A DNA stretch of 28,089 nt, from positions 1 through 28,089 of IMG/VR virus record IMGVR_UViG_3300020461_000816; one strand, given 5' to 3'. How positions within the stretch are numbered: position 1 is the first letter of the stretch; the number at the start of each line of letters is the position of its first letter. The position numbers and the translations under genes are program-made. Shown here piece after piece: positions 26,001 through 28,089 of this stretch. Below the pieces are notes generated by a model, which saw only the letters and a program-made list of their open reading frames with translations, was not told the origin of the DNA and did no database searches. This stretch comes from a virus. Taxonomy: Duplodnaviria; Caudoviricetes.

Positions 26001-28089
26001 TTAAACAGAGAAAGAAATTTTGTAAAAGAAGGGGAGCAAGCCGCAAGATATAAAGAAACTATGTCGTTTGCTGGTGTTACAGAAATTACACCAGTAAAAA
26101 TGAATTACCCTAATTCTGTAGTAATAGGAACCAGGGTAAACGCAAAAGATATGAGTAGTGTTCCTAAAAGAACATACCATATGCGTATGAAAAAAGTAAT
26201 GATCCCATCTAATTACAACCCAGAAACCAGAAGGTATGTTGGTAATTGGGATGGGCTTTTTCAAATAAAACCAAAATGGACAGATAATCCAGCTTGGTGC
26301 CTGTATGATTTAATATCTAATAAGCGTTTTGGTGTTGGAAAATTTGGCATCAAAGATGAAAACATAGATAGATGGACCCTGTATAAAATGGCGAAATATT
26401 GCGACCAACTAGTTCCATCTGGATATAGTCCAAAATATAAAAAAAGAAGGTTTTCAGAAATATCTCAACTGAGTTTAAGTGAGTTCGCACGTGAGTTTAG
26501 GCATCCTGGAAAAAAATTAGCAATTTTTCATGATGATGGAACTTATGAGTCTATAGGGATTAAAGAAACAAAAAGAAACACAAAAGAAGTCGTGCTTGAA
26601 TATCCCCCTTCAAGCGAAGACTTTGACTGCGCAGTAGAGATTGACTATCCTCTTATAGAGCCTAGGTATACAATGAATGCATACATAATGAATAAAGAAA
26701 ATGCATTCAAATTAATTAACGAAATGGCTCAGATATTTAGATCTTATTCTTATTGGTCGGGAGGGGCAATCAACTTTTTCCAAGACGAGAAAAAAGATGC
26801 GGTAATGCTTTTCTCCAACAATAACATATCAGAAGAAGGATTTAATTATTCAGGAACCCCAAAGACATCAAGAACAAATTCTTGTAATATTAAGTACGTA
26901 GATAGATACAATATGTATCGTGCGAAAATCGAAAGAGCTGAAGATAGGGAAGCGGTACAAGAAAACAGCATGATTGAGCAGACGATAGATGGATTTGGAA
27001 TTACATCTCAAGCACAAGCAAAAAGAGCGGTAGAGTTTTTAGTGAAAGGAGCAAATCTTGAAACTGAGATAATAGCGTTTAAAACTAGTATGCTGGGTTC
27101 TTATTTAAAGCCTGGTGATATCATTGATGTAATAGACAATAAAAGAACTGTTGGTAGGTTTGCTGGAAAAATTATTGATGTGGATTTAGATGACAGGGGA
27201 ATGAAGGGAGAGGTAACTATAGATTATCCAATTCATACTTATATAGATAAAGAAGATAAAAAAACATGGAAAACAATTACTCTATATAGCCCTACTGGAA
27301 ATGAAACAATAAAGTCACTAGATTCATCCACAAAAGTAACTGATGAAGATATATCTAATATTAGGGCAAAACAAATTGGGGAGTATCTTGTTTATGATAT
27401 ATCAGAAGATAATAGAAAGCTAAAAATATATAATACTCCATACTCTTATGTCAGTGGTGAATATACATGGTTTGAAGCCCTTAAGGACTCAAAGGAAAGA
27501 GGTGGCAGGATAGCTACTGTAAATGATGAAGATGAACAAATTTTTATGGAGTCTGAATTGCCAGCAGACGGAACTGGGTGGCTAGGTGGATATCAAACTG
27601 AGCTGCCAGAGGAAAGATTAATTTGGCATAGCGATGAATCTTGCGACACTAATTATATATATTACTCAGATTGGGCTGAAGGTTTCCCTAAATTCTCGAG
27701 GCCACTTGATACAGATACAGACAATACCCTGCAAACAGATTTACCAGAGCAAGGTTTTTTAATTTCTGCAGACTCTATAGAAGATGTTGGAAACTTTTTA
27801 TTCACAACAGGCTCCAGCGATAAAGATGTTCATGGAGACTGGATGCATACTTCTGGTCAGGTTGAAATGGGGTATATGTTAGAAAGGGTTACAAATGATT
27901 CATTGGAGGGAATACTAGAATCAGAAGGAACTACTTTTGTGCTAGAAGACAAGGTTAATTTAGCAAACAAAAAACAATACAAAATACTTAATATAGCAGA
28001 AGAATCTAATGGCCTTTACGCTATTAATGGATTACAGTATAATGTAGATAAGTTTGATAATATAGAAAAGAACTTATCTATTAAAAATC
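23007..28089 (+). CDS. Fused tail assembly protein gpI + central tip/host-specificity protein gpJ (3' partial; absent from the ORF track)
   Basis: Manual translation from ATG 23007 gives MKKVYLHGALGKHFGKEWELNVSTPAEAIHAL... and QGATIPIGYGKVNVGSNVIS (gpI). In the same frame follow IDLISEGEIDG (24195), VFLNETPV, NYPNSVVIG, IPSNYNPETRRYVGNWDG, WTDNPAWCLYDL (26277), EPRYTMN, FGITSQAQAKRA and LKPGDIIDVID (gpJ). I found no stop before the window end (1694 codons). Confidence 0.92.
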   Translation, partial: MKKVYLHGALGKHFGKEWELNVSTPAEAIHALFANNPEIEKYLNNKHQEGVYYGIKKSGEKNFSEAGDYPLSTDKDLHLFPIPQGAGFAGSLLWLAATTAASMYVNKKVAEAMERDDSVTQTQTQSYIYNGADNRFSQGATIPIGYGKVNVGSNVISACAINYDYNSESGKIFSFSNGIHSLVPNYSKYYNPLLGPLVSSFARSVFDGESKYRIVDPAFQYITERLSSSIFGTVDGLYGGFKPLDEQKNEITSVKEKTGNWIGGYYYYNWNYAKGIDPEFLRNNNFQADGNWYPNGWATADIPEQESKRFAVPESNALKSSFVCLQSIPVQDSETLSEKIFYPIIWSEDTLPDLKRNEGYDKDGAFPVPVGERWRAGIKESGVGWHKLESTSVYKSIDLISEGEIDGFSDKNGKLLEFDSGHYTDTSSVTPMRNEKDDYLQGVFLNETPVKEINFQKEDDGLDAYNINEFDIDVAMNDDGSMGAEDQRLLEDQYLFTAYTKEINSRLYGPRAVNFDEMKYILPTEPFEEGNLYELGEYITYNDNTYRVIKDMNNAFRPKTSYASGDLAYIENNGDYSFYQANEGIDEYKLFSGEYVTHDGTNFDRTYQNGDKIRAESYDTNQYENGEMYRSFCYKTMGADAGKFLGTIDASIDYSNKVGYFIMDDINKDPVMNTNSPIYLITGATMQPGDSIDSFSSLIYYEDGDVSYGSDPIWLLENLDTIYEGTVANLTNQDGDDVTVDLSSTSSLNVIGSTVVDITPPNTDLWDPIDITNPESMPGYFRKFTGEDLDSVASRMMQEENYISHTIINPLVEEAYISLQLDELGYNYEGDHVEVTYKIGELWNILLVAWQAYHLYKGGEAVANAAFFFGQASANLSVAASVPQAAAGQKAAAAIHKKLAKRELLTAAKEALILVAIELVKQFINPEDGWKIGTKIENAGEVWPNKAKFRIKYGNEGEEPYSTDIFFYGVATSAYRKDIKIYFPPNPDQRDRIIKVYKLNRERNFVKEGEQAARYKETMSFAGVTEITPVKMNYPNSVVIGTRVNAKDMSSVPKRTYHMRMKKVMIPSNYNPETRRYVGNWDGLFQIKPKWTDNPAWCLYDLISNKRFGVGKFGIKDENIDRWTLYKMAKYCDQLVPSGYSPKYKKRRFSEISQLSLSEFAREFRHPGKKLAIFHDDGTYESIGIKETKRNTKEVVLEYPPSSEDFDCAVEIDYPLIEPRYTMNAYIMNKENAFKLINEMAQIFRSYSYWSGGAINFFQDEKKDAVMLFSNNNISEEGFNYSGTPKTSRTNSCNIKYVDRYNMYRAKIERAEDREAVQENSMIEQTIDGFGITSQAQAKRAVEFLVKGANLETEIIAFKTSMLGSYLKPGDIIDVIDNKRTVGRFAGKIIDVDLDDRGMKGEVTIDYPIHTYIDKEDKKTWKTITLYSPTGNETIKSLDSSTKVTDEDISNIRAKQIGEYLVYDISEDNRKLKIYNTPYSYVSGEYTWFEALKDSKERGGRIATVNDEDEQIFMESELPADGTGWLGGYQTELPEERLIWHSDESCDTNYIYYSDWAEGFPKFSRPLDTDTDNTLQTDLPEQGFLISADSIEDVGNFLFTTGSSDKDVHGDWMHTSGQVEMGYMLERVTNDSLEGILESEGTTFVLEDKVNLANKKQYKILNIAEESNGLYAINGLQYNVDKFDNIEKNLSIKN
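27441..27884 (+). other. C-type lectin-like domain inserted in gpJ
   Basis: YSYVSGEYTWFEALKDSKERGGRIATVNDEDEQIF...GWLGGYQ...LIW...YSDWAEGFP...GDW...MGYMLE follows the C-type lectin consensus (TWxxA, GGxLAxI, WIG, YxxWxxGxP, YICE-like end). Confidence 0.8.

Noticed and set aside
287-26264. The many short (60-106 aa) minus-strand and alternate-frame ORFs in the track
   Set aside because: All overlap long, motif-supported + strand genes, show no recognisable motifs, and read like antisense shadows of the coding strand.
27441-27884. Diversity-generating retroelement target in the lectin domain
   Set aside because: No reverse transcriptase and no template/variable repeat pair is visible in the window, and the domain is internal rather than a C-terminal variable region.
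1-28089. Alternative genetic code (stop codon reassignment)
   Set aside because: Standard code 11 gives near-complete coding density with tight gene junctions. No gene here ends in TAG, but eight stops are too few to infer anything.
3-28089. Contractile injection system, tailocin or T6SS locus
   Set aside because: No sheath, baseplate wedge, VgrG or PAAR genes are present. The M-L-K-I-J order indicates a lambda-like non-contractile tail tip.

Overview
The window is one contiguous + strand tail morphogenesis operon of a large, AT-rich tailed phage with a lambda-like tail tip. Gene order: a giant tape measure protein (TMP, at least 4051 aa, open past the left edge), two probable tail-tube-fold tip proteins, a 1501-aa double gpM-like protein with VWA and other inserted domains, two adhesin-like accessory proteins, gpL, gpK, and a fused gpI-gpJ gene starting at 23007. 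That last gene runs off the right edge and is missing from the ORF track. The most striking feature lies inside the TMP. Seven copies of the peptide G-[FL]-[VI]-P-N-F-[ASI] (720-4880) divide about 1390 aa into six unrelated cassettes. These include a PD-(D/E)xK nuclease-like domain, an HTH plus degenerate nuclease-like domain, an R-S-E type ADP-ribosyltransferase-like domain and a DUF2786-like helix. I infer that the TMP doubles as a modular, possibly proteolytically processed carrier of injected effectors. A second recurring signal is an acidic 3x8-residue peptide found six times across three tail-tip proteins. All domain calls come from motif recognition by eye; no database searches were run.
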